Made by a program: the position numbers and the translations under genes
Shown here: positions 47,044 to 57,946 of the stretch, one piece after another
Layout of the letters: every line of letters begins with the position of its first letter
How positions within the stretch are numbered: the stretch's first letter is position 1
The notes under the pieces: model-generated
Database searches by the model: none
What the model saw: only the letters and a program-made list of their open reading frames with translations
What the model was told of the DNA's origin: nothing
Source: Spirochaetota bacterium
GTDB lineage: Bacteria > Spirochaetota > UBA4802 > JAFGDQ01
Reading direction: 5' to 3'
NCBI GenBank assembly: GCA_043803405.1
Contig: JAZDKB010000036.1
Coordinates: 76,963 to 140,962, forward strand
DNA: 64,000 nucleotides

Positions 47044-48666
47044 TTATTTTTTCTTTTTATTCTTCTTTTTGGGGTTTGATCCGCTCTCGGCTTTTTGTAT
47101 AACAGGTTTTTTTCCGCAGCTATCCCTGAAAGCCTTCAGAATTTTTTCAGCTTCCGTAAAAGGCACAGTTAAAAACGAATAACTGTCTTTAATCATGACC
47201 TCGGTTATTTTGCCTGCCGGCACTTTAGCCTCATTGTTTATCAGCTTTAAAAGCTTTCTCGGATTTAGCCCGTCCTTTCTTCCGAAGGACACAAACAGCC
47301 TTGTCTTTCCCCTGTCTTCAGCGTGATCTTCCCTTGGCCTGGAGACAACCGCAATTTCCTTGTATTTCTTTTCGTTAAGGATATCTTCGAGAGAATATTT
47401 AAGCAGCGCGGCAAGGACATTTACAGGATCATTCTCTTCTATCATCTGCAAAGCTGTTTCGATATAAGGCTCATGCGAGCCTTCATTTATAAGATCGCTT
47501 AAATCCGATTTGATTTGTAATTTTTTTGTATTTATGATATCTGCAATACCGGGAATTTTTTCTTTTCTGATCTTAGTTTTGGTTTCGCTGCTAATGTGCA
47601 TAAGCTTTCTGTATTCGGACGGGCTGATAAATGTGATCGCGATTCCTTTCTTCCCCGCGCGGCCTGTTCTGCCTATGCGATGCACATAGGAGTCCGGGTC
47701 CTGGGGCAGGGAGTAGTTGATTACGTGAGTCAGGTCCATAACGTCTATGCCGCGCGCGGCAACGTCAGTGGCGACAAGTATGCTCACCCTGCGCTTCTTG
47801 AACTTGTCGAGAATACGCTCGCGCTGCGCCTGCGACAGGTCGCCGTGAATGCCCTCTGCCTCGTAACCGCGGTCGATGAGTTTATTGTAGAGCTCATCTA
47901 CCGACACCTTTGTCCTGCAGAATATCAACCCGTAAAAATCATTCTCCACATCTATTATTCTGCAAAGGGATTCGAATTTATCCGAGGGATTCACTTCGAA
48001 GTAAATCTGGTCAGTAAGATCAACCGTGAGCTGCTTGTTCTGAGCTGCAATGACAACGTAATCGCGCATGTATTTTTTCGCGATATTCTTTATCCTGTCC
48101 GGCATTGTGGCAGAGAACAGCAAAGTCCTTCTTTGCGGATTCGTATGTGAAAGTATATCCTCCACCTCATCTATAAAGCCCATGTTGAGCATCTCGTCTG
48201 CTTCATCGAGCACAACGTAATTGACATTGTTAAGCAAAAGGCTCTTTCTCTTTATGTGGTCCGATATCCTGCCAGGTGTGCCGACAACAACATCGACTCC
48301 CTTTTCAAGGCGCCTTAACTGCTCTACCATGGACTGCCCGCCGTAAATGGGAATTATCTGAAATTTCCTTTTTCCTTTAAACGAGTTAATTTCTTCCGAG
48401 ACCTGGATGGCAAGCTCTCTTGTGGGTACAAGTATTAGCGCCTGAACAGCGCCGGCCTTCTTCTGCATTTTTTCTATGAGAGGCAGCCCGAATGCCGCTG
48501 TCTTTCCTGTTCCTGTCTGCGCCTGGCCTATGATGTCCGAGTTTGACGTAAGCAATGCAGGGATTACCTTTTCCTGAATTTCTGTCGGTTCTTCAAATCC
48601 CTTTTTCTGCAATTCTTTTAGTATTTCGTCCGAGAGACCCAGACTTTTAAACTTTTCGTAATTCAT
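47044..48666 (-). CDS. DEAD-box RNA helicase with C-terminal DbpA-type RNA-binding domain
   Basis: AQTGTGKT, PTRELA, DEAD, SAT, ARGID and HRIGRTGRAG. Confidence 0.95.
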   Translation of the reverse strand: MNYEKFKSLGLSDEILKELQKKGFEEPTEIQEKVIPALLTSNSDIIGQAQTGTGKTAAFGLPLIEKMQKKAGAVQALILVPTRELAIQVSEEINSFKGKRKFQIIPIYGGQSMVEQLRRLEKGVDVVVGTPGRISDHIKRKSLLLNNVNYVVLDEADEMLNMGFIDEVEDILSHTNPQRRTLLFSATMPDRIKNIAKKYMRDYVVIAAQNKQLTVDLTDQIYFEVNPSDKFESLCRIIDVENDFYGLIFCRTKVSVDELYNKLIDRGYEAEGIHGDLSQAQRERILDKFKKRRVSILVATDVAARGIDVMDLTHVINYSLPQDPDSYVHRIGRTGRAGKKGIAITFISPSEYRKLMHISSETKTKIRKEKIPGIADIINTKKLQIKSDLSDLINEGSHEPYIETALQMIEENDPVNVLAALLKYSLEDILNEKKYKEIAVVSRPREDHAEDRGKTRLFVSFGRKDGLNPRKLLKLINNEAKVPAGKITEVMIKDSYSFLTVPFTEAEKILKAFRDSCGKKPVIQKAESGSNPKKKNKKKK

Positions 48667-48877
48667 TTATCCTTCCTGATTTATAATATTACTATTAATA
48701 ACAAAAGGCAAGAATACTACAAGCTATTTATATTAGTTGAAGTTCGTCGATATATGTATGTCCGATATATACTTTGTTAAGCTAAATAGTGTTGCGATTG
48801 ATGAATAGGTATAATCTTGAATGTTTAAATATTTTACTATAGAGACAGCGAGTTTCTATAAGGGGTTGTAGAATAAA

Positions 48878-48934
48878 TCCATGCAGGTGAAGCAAGCGTA
48901 AAGGATGATAGATTCACGTAATCACCTGCATGGA
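48878..48934. repeat. 13-bp perfect inverted repeat with 31-nt loop
   Basis: tccatgcaggtga ... tcacctgcatgga. Confidence 0.55.
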
Positions 48935-48949
48935 AATTTATAATTAATA

Positions 48950-49540
48950 TCAGAAAAGGTACCATGTACAATTAATTCCCAGATAAAGCTGCCATTTGTA
49001 CGATGAATCCAGCTCCGCATCCCTTGTCTTTGGGAAATGCTCGTTCAGCTTGTCAACTATGTCAGGATAATACTGGATACCTGCGCCGATACATAACGCA
49101 AAGGTTGTGAATGTAATTTCTCCTGTCCATCCGCCCATTATGCCTTTGCCGCCTATTGAATCGTAAAGAGCACCGAGCCGTATTCCATTCTGGAATCTGC
49201 TTTGATCGCTATTAATAAATACCACGCAGCTTAAATCGCTGTGGAACGACATGTCGAATTCCGTTTCAGTAGTTTCACCATCCTCGGTTGTATACATTAT
49301 CAGCCACGGCAGAGACCCGACTGATCCGTCAATGGCAAAATGGTTCCACCTTGCTCTCAACATGCCGCCGAATCCGTGCTCTTTAAGCGTTGTAATTCCC
49401 AGAGCAAAAGAACGCGGATTGTTTAACTGCTCTGCCTGAACGGCCGGAGCCGACTCCTGGGCAAAAAGTGTGCTGACTGAAAATAACAAAGCAAAAGCTA
49501 CGAGCGAACATAAAAATACTTCCTTCAAGATGTTTTTCAT
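48950..49540 (-). CDS. Hypothetical exported protein, probable small beta-barrel
   Basis: Signal peptide (..STLFA-Q) from ATG 49540; C-terminal 'LYLGINCTWYLF'. Confidence 0.6.
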   Translation of the reverse strand: MKNILKEVFLCSLVAFALLFSVSTLFAQESAPAVQAEQLNNPRSFALGITTLKEHGFGGMLRARWNHFAIDGSVGSLPWLIMYTTEDGETTETEFDMSFHSDLSCVVFINSDQSRFQNGIRLGALYDSIGGKGIMGGWTGEITFTTFALCIGAGIQYYPDIVDKLNEHFPKTRDAELDSSYKWQLYLGINCTWYLF

Positions 49541-49633
49541 AATACGCCTCATGAATTTTTTATTATTTTTGAATTTAATTTGTATATCAGACAATACATA
49601 GTTTTAAATAAATAAATTACAATTATTTTTTTA

Positions 49634-50353
49634 TTAAAAATTTTCCATTACATCCCATATTAATCCAGCAAGCACATCACCGCCTGCTTTACTCGGATGC
49701 AAATTATCTGTTTTAAAATATTCAGAATGGCCGGCAAATTCAGTTGAAGGATTAATAAAATGGAATCTGCTGTCTGTTATCCGGGACGCGATTTCTCCGG
49801 CTGCATAGTCCAGGATTGGATTCATGGATGCCATACTGTTTATTAGATGAGGATAGAATAAGAATATTACATGATCCGCATTATTTAAAAACATTTGCTG
49901 TACCAGGCTCTCTGCTGTGTCCACTACGGAATCGATACATTCTTCACAATTGCCGTTAAGGCCATAAGTCATGCAGTCGCTATCGTCAAAAATATCGTTC
50001 CCGCCGCCGTTCATAATTACAATTTTAATATTGCTGTCGATCGATCTTGCATAGGTATATTGCTGTCCGATTGGCATCCCGTAAGATATGTTAAATCCTG
50101 TTCCATTCATGTAGTAATGTCTGTAGCTTTCGCCTGACAAATTTTCCAGTTCATTCGCAATATATCCGTCCATTGCAAAATATGAATCGCCAATCATTAT
50201 TACTTCGGAATTTAAGGGCGGATGAGTCTGTGTTCCTGAGTTGCTGCTGCTACTGCCGCCGCACATGCATACACTTATTGAAAAGATCAGAACAATAAGA
50301 AGCACTGATTTGGATTTATGAAGATGTTTGAAAAAATTAACTAAAGCGTTCAT
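49634..50353 (-). CDS. SGNH/GDSL hydrolase lipoprotein
   Basis: CMC-GGSSSS signal and linker; IGDS, GGGND and DNLHP; GGAGG before ATG 50353. Confidence 0.85.
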   Translation of the reverse strand: MNALVNFFKHLHKSKSVLLIVLIFSISVCMCGGSSSSNSGTQTHPPLNSEVIMIGDSYFAMDGYIANELENLSGESYRHYYMNGTGFNISYGMPIGQQYTYARSIDSNIKIVIMNGGGNDIFDDSDCMTYGLNGNCEECIDSVVDTAESLVQQMFLNNADHVIFLFYPHLINSMASMNPILDYAAGEIASRITDSRFHFINPSTEFAGHSEYFKTDNLHPSKAGGDVLAGLIWDVMENF

Positions 50354-50386
50354 TTTAAAACCTCCGTTTATTTTTATTATTTGCGC

Positions 50387-50421
50387 ATAAGCAGCAGAAG
50401 GAGGCGAATCGTCACAAAAAA
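50387..50421 (-). promoter_or_regulatory. ECF-like bipartite promoter, copy 3 (TGTGAC-N18-GCTTAT)
   Basis: Minus strand ttttttgtgacgattcgcctccttctgctgcttat. Confidence 0.7.
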
Positions 50422-50547
50422 TAATTAAAAATTTTAATAAAACTATACTCATTATTGACATTCTTAAAAATTTTTTATAAATTAATGTGATTTATTCAAA
50501 TATCATCTCCTTTATCCAGTTAAAAAATAATAATGAGGTTTCACTAA

Positions 50548-51558
50548 ATGAAAAAAGAAAATCATTTTTTATGCAAAATAATGCTGCCAGCCATATTTGC
50601 TTTCATAAGTTTATCTTGCGGCTCGGATAATAGCTCCGATTCAGCACCTAATATTACACAGGGAGGGCAGATAATTGCAGACCATACAGTTGTAGACAGG
50701 TATTCGGCAATTCCGCAGGCATATATCGATATCGTTAAAACATGGCTTGTAGATATAGCTGGTGAATCACATTCCTCCGGATATAGGATAGGAATGGATT
50801 TATTAGAAGCACAGGAATCAAAATTTCAGGTAGCAACATTTGATAGTTCGATACCATCTATAACATCTTCTGAACTACGTTTAGGAAGGCATGCTTCTGT
50901 CGGTGAAGAGGATTTTTATACAAATACAGCAGCAATAACTACAATAAAGAATAAAATTACAAGTCAGCATAATGCAGGTAATCCTATTCATGTTTTAGGT
51001 TTTGGCTGGTGTTGGGATATGACATGGACAAATGACCCCGGAGGAACTGTAGATCCTGTATATGGTGTTCATTGGGCTGGTTCTTCATCTGACGGACCAG
51101 ATGGAAATTTAAGATGGGGGTTGGATGCTGGAGATGAAGCATTAACAGGAAACAGTGTTTGCATGGATACGTATCTTAATGCAGTTGTTGAATACATTAA
51201 TTATTGTACTTCGAATGGATATGTATGCAAAATTATTTTCACTACAGGTCCGGTAGATGATGTTTATGAAACTACTAATGGAACAGAAAATGGTTATCAG
51301 CGTGAACTAAAACACAATTACATCAGAAATTTTGTAGCGCAGGATTCATCACGTATACTTTTTGATTACGCGGATATTCTATGTTATAATAATTCAGGAG
51401 CAGTTGCTGAATTTACCTGGGATGGCCGCACTCATAAAGGTATACATCCAGATAATGCAGGATATAATACAGGACATATTGGCAATACAGGATCTTTAAG
51501 ACTAGCAAAAGCGATGTGGTGGATGCTGGCAAGAATGGCAGGCTGGGACGGCAACTAA
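50548..51558 (+). CDS. Hypothetical lipoprotein, possibly a divergent SGNH-like hydrolase
   Basis: SLSC lipobox; GESHS, GWCW, LFDYADI, GHI and KAMWWMLARMAGWDG. Confidence 0.65.
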   Translation: MKKENHFLCKIMLPAIFAFISLSCGSDNSSDSAPNITQGGQIIADHTVVDRYSAIPQAYIDIVKTWLVDIAGESHSSGYRIGMDLLEAQESKFQVATFDSSIPSITSSELRLGRHASVGEEDFYTNTAAITTIKNKITSQHNAGNPIHVLGFGWCWDMTWTNDPGGTVDPVYGVHWAGSSSDGPDGNLRWGLDAGDEALTGNSVCMDTYLNAVVEYINYCTSNGYVCKIIFTTGPVDDVYETTNGTENGYQRELKHNYIRNFVAQDSSRILFDYADILCYNNSGAVAEFTWDGRTHKGIHPDNAGYNTGHIGNTGSLRLAKAMWWMLARMAGWDGN

Positions 51559-51611
51559 TTTAAATTAGAATGGGCTTTATTTTTGTACTGTAGGGCATAC
51601 AGTCTCCTTTA

Positions 51612-51650
51612 AAATGAAACAGCCTGCTTTTTAAGCAGGCTGTTTCATTT
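51612..51650. terminator. Bidirectional terminator
   Basis: aaatgaaacagcctgctt / aagcaggctgtttcattt, 18-bp perfect stem between convergent genes. Confidence 0.8.
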
Positions 51651-51693
51651 AATCTAACCCAATATTCGCGATCAGTTAAGATTCAAAATGGCA

Positions 51694-54285
51694 TTATATA
51701 TAAACCTCTCTCGGTTTGCTGCCCTGCTGCGGGCCGACATAGCCGCGTTCTTCCGCGAGTTCAATGATCCTGGCAGCGCGGTTATAGCCTATGGAGAGCC
51801 TTCTCTGCAAATAAGATGCCGACGCCTTTTTGGTCTCCTCTATTATCTTGATAGCCTCGACAAAAAGCGCGTCATCCGCGGAATCGTCAATATCTTCCGA
51901 ATCATCGTCGTCCAGTTGATCCTCGATATCGACATATCTGGCTTTGCCGTACTTCCTTGTATGCCGCATTATCTTCATTATTTCTTCTTCGGAAATATAC
52001 GCGCCCTGCACCCGGACGGGAAATGAGCTAACGGGCGACTGGTAAAGCATGTCGCCCTTGCCGAGCAGAGTCTCCGCGCCGTTCTGATCGAGTATTGTCC
52101 GCGAATCGATCTTCTGCGCGACCTGGAACGCGATCCTCGCAGGGAAGTTCGCCTTTATTATACCGGTTATAATATCAACAGACGGCCTTTGCGTTGCGAG
52201 TATTAAGTGGATGCCGACTGCCCTTGCCTTTTGCGCTATCCTTGTTATCGAGCCTTCTATCTCCTTTGCTGCGATCATCATAAGATCGGCAAGCTCGTCT
52301 ATCATTATTATGATATACGGAAGATGCTCGTACTTTTCTTCGTATCCTGTGATCCTTTCGTTGTACTTATCAATATCCCTTGCGTTCACTTCGGATAAAA
52401 GCTTATAGCGTCTTTCCATTTCGGCTACTGCCCACTTGAGAGCGCGCGGTGCCATAAATGTCTCTGTTATTACAGGAGTCAATAGATGAGGCAGCCCGTT
52501 ATAAAGCTGAAGCTCTACCATCTTCGGATCAATAAGAATAAATCTTATACTGTTCGGATCATAATTGTATATTAAATCGCAGATAATGGAATTGAGGCAA
52601 ATCGATTTGCCGGAACCTGTTGCGCCAGCTATTAAAAGATGCGGCTGCTTTTTAAGGTCTATCACAACAGGCTTACCGAGAATATCCTTGCCAAGCCCTA
52701 CCTTGACTTTCATGGAAGTCTGCGAATTATATTCAGACGATTTAATAATATCGCCGATTGTTACCATTTCCCTGGATGTATTCGGGATTTCCACTCCAAT
52801 GGCCGACTTGCCGGGAATCGGAGCAACAACCCTTACTTTGTATGCTGCGAGCGCCATTGCCAGGTCGTCCGAAAGCCCGACGATCTTGTTCACTTTTATG
52901 CCGGGCGCGATCTGTATTTCGTACAGGGTTATTACTGGCCCCCTGTGCACATTAATTACGCGCGACTCGATCCCGAAATCGCTTAATGTCTTTACAAGGA
53001 GCTCCGAGTTCCGCTTTGCCTCTGCTTTCCAGCTCACCGCGTCAATGGGCATCGAGACTTCCAGAAAATCCGTAGGTATGTCGTACTTTCCGTTTAGGGC
53101 GATCTTTTCAAACACCCTGGGAATATACGAGACCGGACGGTCGCTGTCGTCCCGTATGAATGGCTTAGTTTCTTCGGAGGCCGGATCGCTTTCCTCTTCT
53201 TCGCAGTCTATCGGTTCTTCGTCTATATCAGCAGCTTCATCAACATCAACTTCATCGGCAATCAGTTCCGGCTTTACATCATGCTCAAGCACTGCGGACT
53301 TGATCCTGTTGGTCTTTATCGTATACGGCTCGTCGTCTTCAGTATAATTTACGAAAGATATTTCATTCTGAGCCGATTCGGGATAAGACAGCTGGGTATT
53401 TTCTTCAGTTTTAAAATAAGACTGCTCTGTATTTTTCTCCTGCTCCGCAGCATTCAAATAAGCCTGCTCAGGATGCGTATACATTCCTGCTGCAACAGGC
53501 ACCAGCGCTCTTTCCGATAAAATTGAGCCTGCATGTACTTCAGATGAAATAACATTGTGTTCCAGTAGTCTTAATTTATCTTCTTTGGTAAGAGGCTCAA
53601 AATTAAAATTGCCTACGATTATTTTCTTCTTTGTGATCCACGGCTGTTTCTTTCCCTTTCTTTTAACGGCCTCGTCAATATCATTCAAAGGAACAGAATC
53701 ATTATAATTAACGACAAATATCTTTTTTAATAATGCCTTTACTGATTTTTTTATGTTTGATTTTATGTTTGAATCGCTTTTGCCCAGCGACGCGATTATT
53801 AATGAGAAGGATATGATGCCCAGCAGCACAAGGCCAATAATGTTAAGGATCAGCACAACAATGAATGCCCCTATGCTTCCGAAAACGCCTGTAAACACCC
53901 TTGACAGAAAAAGCCCGATGAACCCGCCCGAATAATGAGGAGCAGAGCTTTTATACACAAGCGACAGCATAACGGAAGCGGTAACCATAAGATACAGCAG
54001 CGATAAAATCCGCTCTATTATATCCGAAGATTCGCCGTTCTTAAGAAAGCTCCAACCCGATACTGCGAAAATGATAACAGCAATGAACGAGATATACCCG
54101 AATGACGCCCTCAGAAAGTCGCTGAAGTACACGCCCGCAGGGCCAATAAAATTATGCGCGGATTTTCCCTCTGCAATAAGCTTAATGTCCCCAATACTAA
54201 AGCTCGAAAGCGAAAGAAGAAATATTACCGAAACCAGCAGAAGAAAAATGCCTGCAACTTCTTTTAATTGGCGCTCTGTAAACAC
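51694..54285 (-). CDS. ftsK: DNA translocase FtsK/SpoIIIE
   Basis: N-terminal TMs, GATGSGKS, IDPKMVEL, DELADLM, ATQRPS and gamma domain LQRRLSIGYNRAARI; GTG 54285 after GGAGGA. Confidence 0.95.
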   Translation of the reverse strand: MFTERQLKEVAGIFLLLVSVIFLLSLSSFSIGDIKLIAEGKSAHNFIGPAGVYFSDFLRASFGYISFIAVIIFAVSGWSFLKNGESSDIIERILSLLYLMVTASVMLSLVYKSSAPHYSGGFIGLFLSRVFTGVFGSIGAFIVVLILNIIGLVLLGIISFSLIIASLGKSDSNIKSNIKKSVKALLKKIFVVNYNDSVPLNDIDEAVKRKGKKQPWITKKKIIVGNFNFEPLTKEDKLRLLEHNVISSEVHAGSILSERALVPVAAGMYTHPEQAYLNAAEQEKNTEQSYFKTEENTQLSYPESAQNEISFVNYTEDDEPYTIKTNRIKSAVLEHDVKPELIADEVDVDEAADIDEEPIDCEEEESDPASEETKPFIRDDSDRPVSYIPRVFEKIALNGKYDIPTDFLEVSMPIDAVSWKAEAKRNSELLVKTLSDFGIESRVINVHRGPVITLYEIQIAPGIKVNKIVGLSDDLAMALAAYKVRVVAPIPGKSAIGVEIPNTSREMVTIGDIIKSSEYNSQTSMKVKVGLGKDILGKPVVIDLKKQPHLLIAGATGSGKSICLNSIICDLIYNYDPNSIRFILIDPKMVELQLYNGLPHLLTPVITETFMAPRALKWAVAEMERRYKLLSEVNARDIDKYNERITGYEEKYEHLPYIIIMIDELADLMMIAAKEIEGSITRIAQKARAVGIHLILATQRPSVDIITGIIKANFPARIAFQVAQKIDSRTILDQNGAETLLGKGDMLYQSPVSSFPVRVQGAYISEEEIMKIMRHTRKYGKARYVDIEDQLDDDDSEDIDDSADDALFVEAIKIIEETKKASASYLQRRLSIGYNRAARIIELAEERGYVGPQQGSKPREVYI

Positions 54286-54436
54286 GAAATCCTCCGGGAA
54301 AACAAATAACAAGATGAAAAAAAAGCTTATATTCAGCTTTTTTGGGGCTTTTGGTTATTAAGCACTCAAATTACACCTGTATTATCTATTTTTCGGCTTT
54401 TCAGGGGAATAATTTTAGCGGATAATATTATCTTAT

Positions 54437-56131
54437 TCAGGACTGAAGCTCGGCAATCCTCAGTTCTATTAGCGGCGATCTTTTTGTTAAGTTAAAAACA
54501 TGCTTCTTTATCTTTTTATTCAGTGAAAGTTCAATATCTTCCTCTCTCCTGTCCAGAAGCAGTTTCTCCAGCTCTTTTTCAGCAAACTGGGCTAAAGAAT
54601 TAATGATTTTTTCACTCTTGTATTCAATAAAACCCCTGGCAATTATTTCCGGAGCTTTAATAATATTCTCACCCCGGACAATAGCGTTTATGAACAGCAC
54701 GCCGTCCCTGGACATTGTCTGCCTTTCTTTTATGACATTGCTTTCAATATCGCCGATGTCTATACCGTGAACAAAAATTTTCCTCAGGGGAATGGAGTCG
54801 GTCTTAACAAAGGAATTCTGGGTAAGTTCGAGCATATCTCCGTTCTCTGCAAGCATTATGCGGGACTGCTTTATTTTAAGGGATTCGGCTATCCGCGCAT
54901 GCGCCCTCAGATGCATGTATTCTCCGTGTATCGGCATAAAAAATTTCGGCTTCGTAAGAGTGATCATAAGCTTAAGCTCTTCTTCCGCAGCATGGCCTGT
55001 GGCGTGTATATCTTCCATATCGTAGAATACATCCGCACCCTGCTTTAAAAGCGCGTTTACAACATTGTTCACGGTCTTTTCATTTCCGGGAATTACCGAT
55101 GCGGATATGGCAATTGTGTCTCTTTCATTTACCTGTATATGCTTGTGCGTGCCTGCTGCCATTCTGGAAAGCGCGCTCATAGGCTCGCCCTGGCTTCCTG
55201 TGCAGACCACAACGATCTTTTTATCCTGCATTCTCACAGCTTCCCTTATGTCTACAATAAGATCCTCTTTGTAGGATAAATATCCGAGCGACCTTGCGAT
55301 CTCGAAATTCTTTTCAATAGTAATGCCCGAAAGGGCGACTTTGCGGTTATACTTATGCGCCGCGTCCAGAACCTGCTGAATGCGGTGTATGTGGGACGCG
55401 AACGAAGCGACTAATATTCTGCCTCTGGATGACGCAAAAATATCGTTTAAACCCTGCTGAAGTGAGCTTTCGGATTTGGAGTATCCATGCACAAGCGCGT
55501 TGGTGCTGTCCGACATAAGAAGCAGCACTCCCTTTTCCCCGTATTCCGCAAATCTCGCCAGGTCTATAACCTTGCCGTCCAGCGGGGAAAAGTCTATTTT
55601 AAAATCGCCTGTATGAATTACCGTTCCTGCGTCCGTGTTTATCGCAATGGCAATCCCGTCCAGTATTGAATGATTTATTCTTATAAACTCAAGGGAAAAG
55701 GCGCCTATTTCCACCCTATCCCTGGGATTAACTTCTATAAGTACAGGCTCGTCCTTAGGCTGCCTTTCTTCAAGCCTGCTGCGTATAAATCCCAGCGTGA
55801 GCCCTGCGGCATAAACAGGCGCTGTTATATTCTGAAGCAGAAAAGGCAGCGCTCCTATGTGATCCTCATGCCCGTGAGTAATAATAATAGCTTTAACTTT
55901 CTTCTTATTTTTTATAACATAAGAAAAATCCGGGATCAGAAAATCAATTCCCGGCATTTCATCATCCGGAAACATCAGTCCTGCATCCACAATTATAATA
56001 TCTTCTTTATATTCAAAAAGCGTTAAATGATTGCCTATGGCTCCCAGGCCGCCCAGAGGCGTTATCCTGATCTTCTCCCCAGACCGGCTGCTTATATCTT
56101 TCTGATCTTTTTGTTTTTTTCTTGCTGTCAT
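54437..56131 (-). CDS. rnj: Ribonuclease J
   Basis: [27 protein letters not shown] and PIHGE. Confidence 0.95.
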   Translation of the reverse strand: MTARKKQKDQKDISSRSGEKIRITPLGGLGAIGNHLTLFEYKEDIIIVDAGLMFPDDEMPGIDFLIPDFSYVIKNKKKVKAIIITHGHEDHIGALPFLLQNITAPVYAAGLTLGFIRSRLEERQPKDEPVLIEVNPRDRVEIGAFSLEFIRINHSILDGIAIAINTDAGTVIHTGDFKIDFSPLDGKVIDLARFAEYGEKGVLLLMSDSTNALVHGYSKSESSLQQGLNDIFASSRGRILVASFASHIHRIQQVLDAAHKYNRKVALSGITIEKNFEIARSLGYLSYKEDLIVDIREAVRMQDKKIVVVCTGSQGEPMSALSRMAAGTHKHIQVNERDTIAISASVIPGNEKTVNNVVNALLKQGADVFYDMEDIHATGHAAEEELKLMITLTKPKFFMPIHGEYMHLRAHARIAESLKIKQSRIMLAENGDMLELTQNSFVKTDSIPLRKIFVHGIDIGDIESNVIKERQTMSRDGVLFINAIVRGENIIKAPEIIARGFIEYKSEKIINSLAQFAEKELEKLLLDRREEDIELSLNKKIKKHVFNLTKRSPLIELRIAELQS

Positions 56132-56562
56132 GTTCCGGTATGCCCGAATCCCCCCTCATTTCTTTCTGTGGCGCTTATTTCCTCTGTTACGGCAAATTGC
56201 GCCCTGTATACTCTGGAGAATACCATCTGAGCTATTCTCATTCCGTTCTCTACGGTAAATGATTTCCGTCCAAGATTTGCCAGTATAATTTTTACTTCAC
56301 CCCTGTAATCCGAATCTATTGTCCCCGGTGTGTTTAAAAGAGTAAGCCCGTGGTTAAGCGCGAGCCCGCTCCTTGGCCTTATCTGCGCTTCATACCCTTC
56401 CGGGATCTCAACAGCTATGCCTGTAGGAATAAGTTTTATATCGCCCGGTTCAAGCGTAACAGGCTCCGGCAAACTTGCAAAGACATCGGCTCCGGCCGAA
56501 CCCGGACTTTTATACTCAGGTATATTTGCCTGCGGGAATAATTTGATTTTGACTGGGATCAT
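56128..56562 (-). CDS. dut: dUTP diphosphatase
   Basis: [25 protein letters not shown] and [10 protein letters not shown]. Confidence 0.95.
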   Translation of the reverse strand: MIPVKIKLFPQANIPEYKSPGSAGADVFASLPEPVTLEPGDIKLIPTGIAVEIPEGYEAQIRPRSGLALNHGLTLLNTPGTIDSDYRGEVKIILANLGRKSFTVENGMRIAQMVFSRVYRAQFAVTEEISATERNEGGFGHTGT

Positions 56563-56780
56563 ATTCTATGGTTTATTTTTTAAATATCCTAATATACTAT
56601 TATTCCCAGCTTGTCAACTTTTATATAAGAAGTGACTACTAAAACATGTTTGTTTATTATAACCACAAAAAAATTTAACCCCGAATCTGAAAGCATTTTA
56701 AAAAATGCTTGAATATATAATAATTAAACTATATTTTATACAAAATAATAATATAAATCTTTATCAACCGGAGAATAAAT

Positions 56781-56891
56781 ATGGCAAAGGGAAAGGATAA
56801 GGCAAAGGGCGAAGTAAAGAAGAAACCACAGTTAACCATTAAAGAAAAAAGAAAGCTTAAAAAGGAAAAGAACTCAAAAACATCATCTTAA
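56781..56891 (+). CDS. 36-aa very basic small protein (MAKGKDKAKGEVKKKPQLTIKEKRKLKKEKNSKTSS)
   Basis: Below the ORF-track cutoff; GGAG RBS, ATG 56781, TAA 56889-56891, hairpin ccggcagg/cctgccgg at 56905-56931 downstream. Confidence 0.7.
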   Translation: MAKGKDKAKGEVKKKPQLTIKEKRKLKKEKNSKTSS

Positions 56892-56945
56892 TCTTTTCTT
56901 TCAACCGGCAGGCTGGAAATCATCCTGCCGGCCTGTATTATTTAT

Positions 56946-57728
56946 TTAAATTATTGTTTTGGATATATGGCAGTTTAAAAATTCCATGATCGCCTTATTT
57001 ACCACCCTGGGTTTCTCGAACTGAGCAAGATGCCCGGCGCCTTCAGCAAGAACCAGCCTGGAATTTTTAATATTATTCTTTAAATATTCACCATACCACA
57101 CCGGAGTCATAATATCATTTTTAGAGCTTATTATAAGAACAGGTTTGTCGATTTTATTCAGCCTGTCCCTTATGTCGAAAGTATCGCATGCGGTAAAATC
57201 GTTCAGCATAATTTTTTTATCTATCGCAAGTATGTCCTTAAGCGACGTATCCATGCTTTCAATAACAGTATTGGCAGGAAATAAAATATCGCTCATGCCT
57301 ATAACAAATCCTTTAAAATCCTTTTTCACGGCCTCCATAATTGCCGGCAGCACTTTCAATTTCGCGCCGGTGTTCATGAGTATGCCTGCTTTTACATAAT
57401 CGGGATAATTGACCAGCATTTCGAGTACAACACCGCCCCCCATGCTTGTACCTGCCAGAATGCATTCCGGAATTTTCAAGGAGTCAATAAAACCGGCAAT
57501 ATCTTTTGCGTATTCGGCAATTGATGTTCTGCCGGAACCCCTGGTCTGTCCATGACCGGATAAATCGGGAACAATTACGTTGACTTTTTCGGCAAAATAT
57601 TTTATTTGCGATAACCAGCTTAAAGCCGTGGTTCCGGCGCCGTGAATAAACAAAATATACGGTTTTGTATTCTCAAACGGCATCCTGCCCGTTAAAAAGC
57701 TAATGCCCGAACTTTCGTGCCGCTCCAT
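56946..57728 (-). CDS. Alpha/beta hydrolase
   Basis: FIHGAG, DLSGHG, GTSMGG and GAGH. Confidence 0.88.
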   Translation of the reverse strand: MERHESSGISFLTGRMPFENTKPYILFIHGAGTTALSWLSQIKYFAEKVNVIVPDLSGHGQTRGSGRTSIAEYAKDIAGFIDSLKIPECILAGTSMGGGVVLEMLVNYPDYVKAGILMNTGAKLKVLPAIMEAVKKDFKGFVIGMSDILFPANTVIESMDTSLKDILAIDKKIMLNDFTACDTFDIRDRLNKIDKPVLIISSKNDIMTPVWYGEYLKNNIKNSRLVLAEGAGHLAQFEKPRVVNKAIMEFLNCHISKTII

Positions 57729-57946
57729 TAATTAATTGCTCCTTTCAGGATGATATTCTCATTCCTGCATAAAAAGTGCAAATATAATTATATATGTTAT
57801 TAAAAAATGTATTTAATGGAAAGAATTCCTTGACTGGTTTCAGCATGTATTAACAATTATTTTACTCTTGGTAAGCAATCAGGGAAAATCCTGTGATTTT
57901 ATTATAGAAATTTGAATTATTGACCAAAATTATTAATATTTTAAAC

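Noticed and set aside
52565..53347. 260-aa plus-strand ORF, and similar ORFs antisense to the helicase, rnj and the KAS genes
   Set aside because: Codon-register shadows of well-supported genes on the opposite strand
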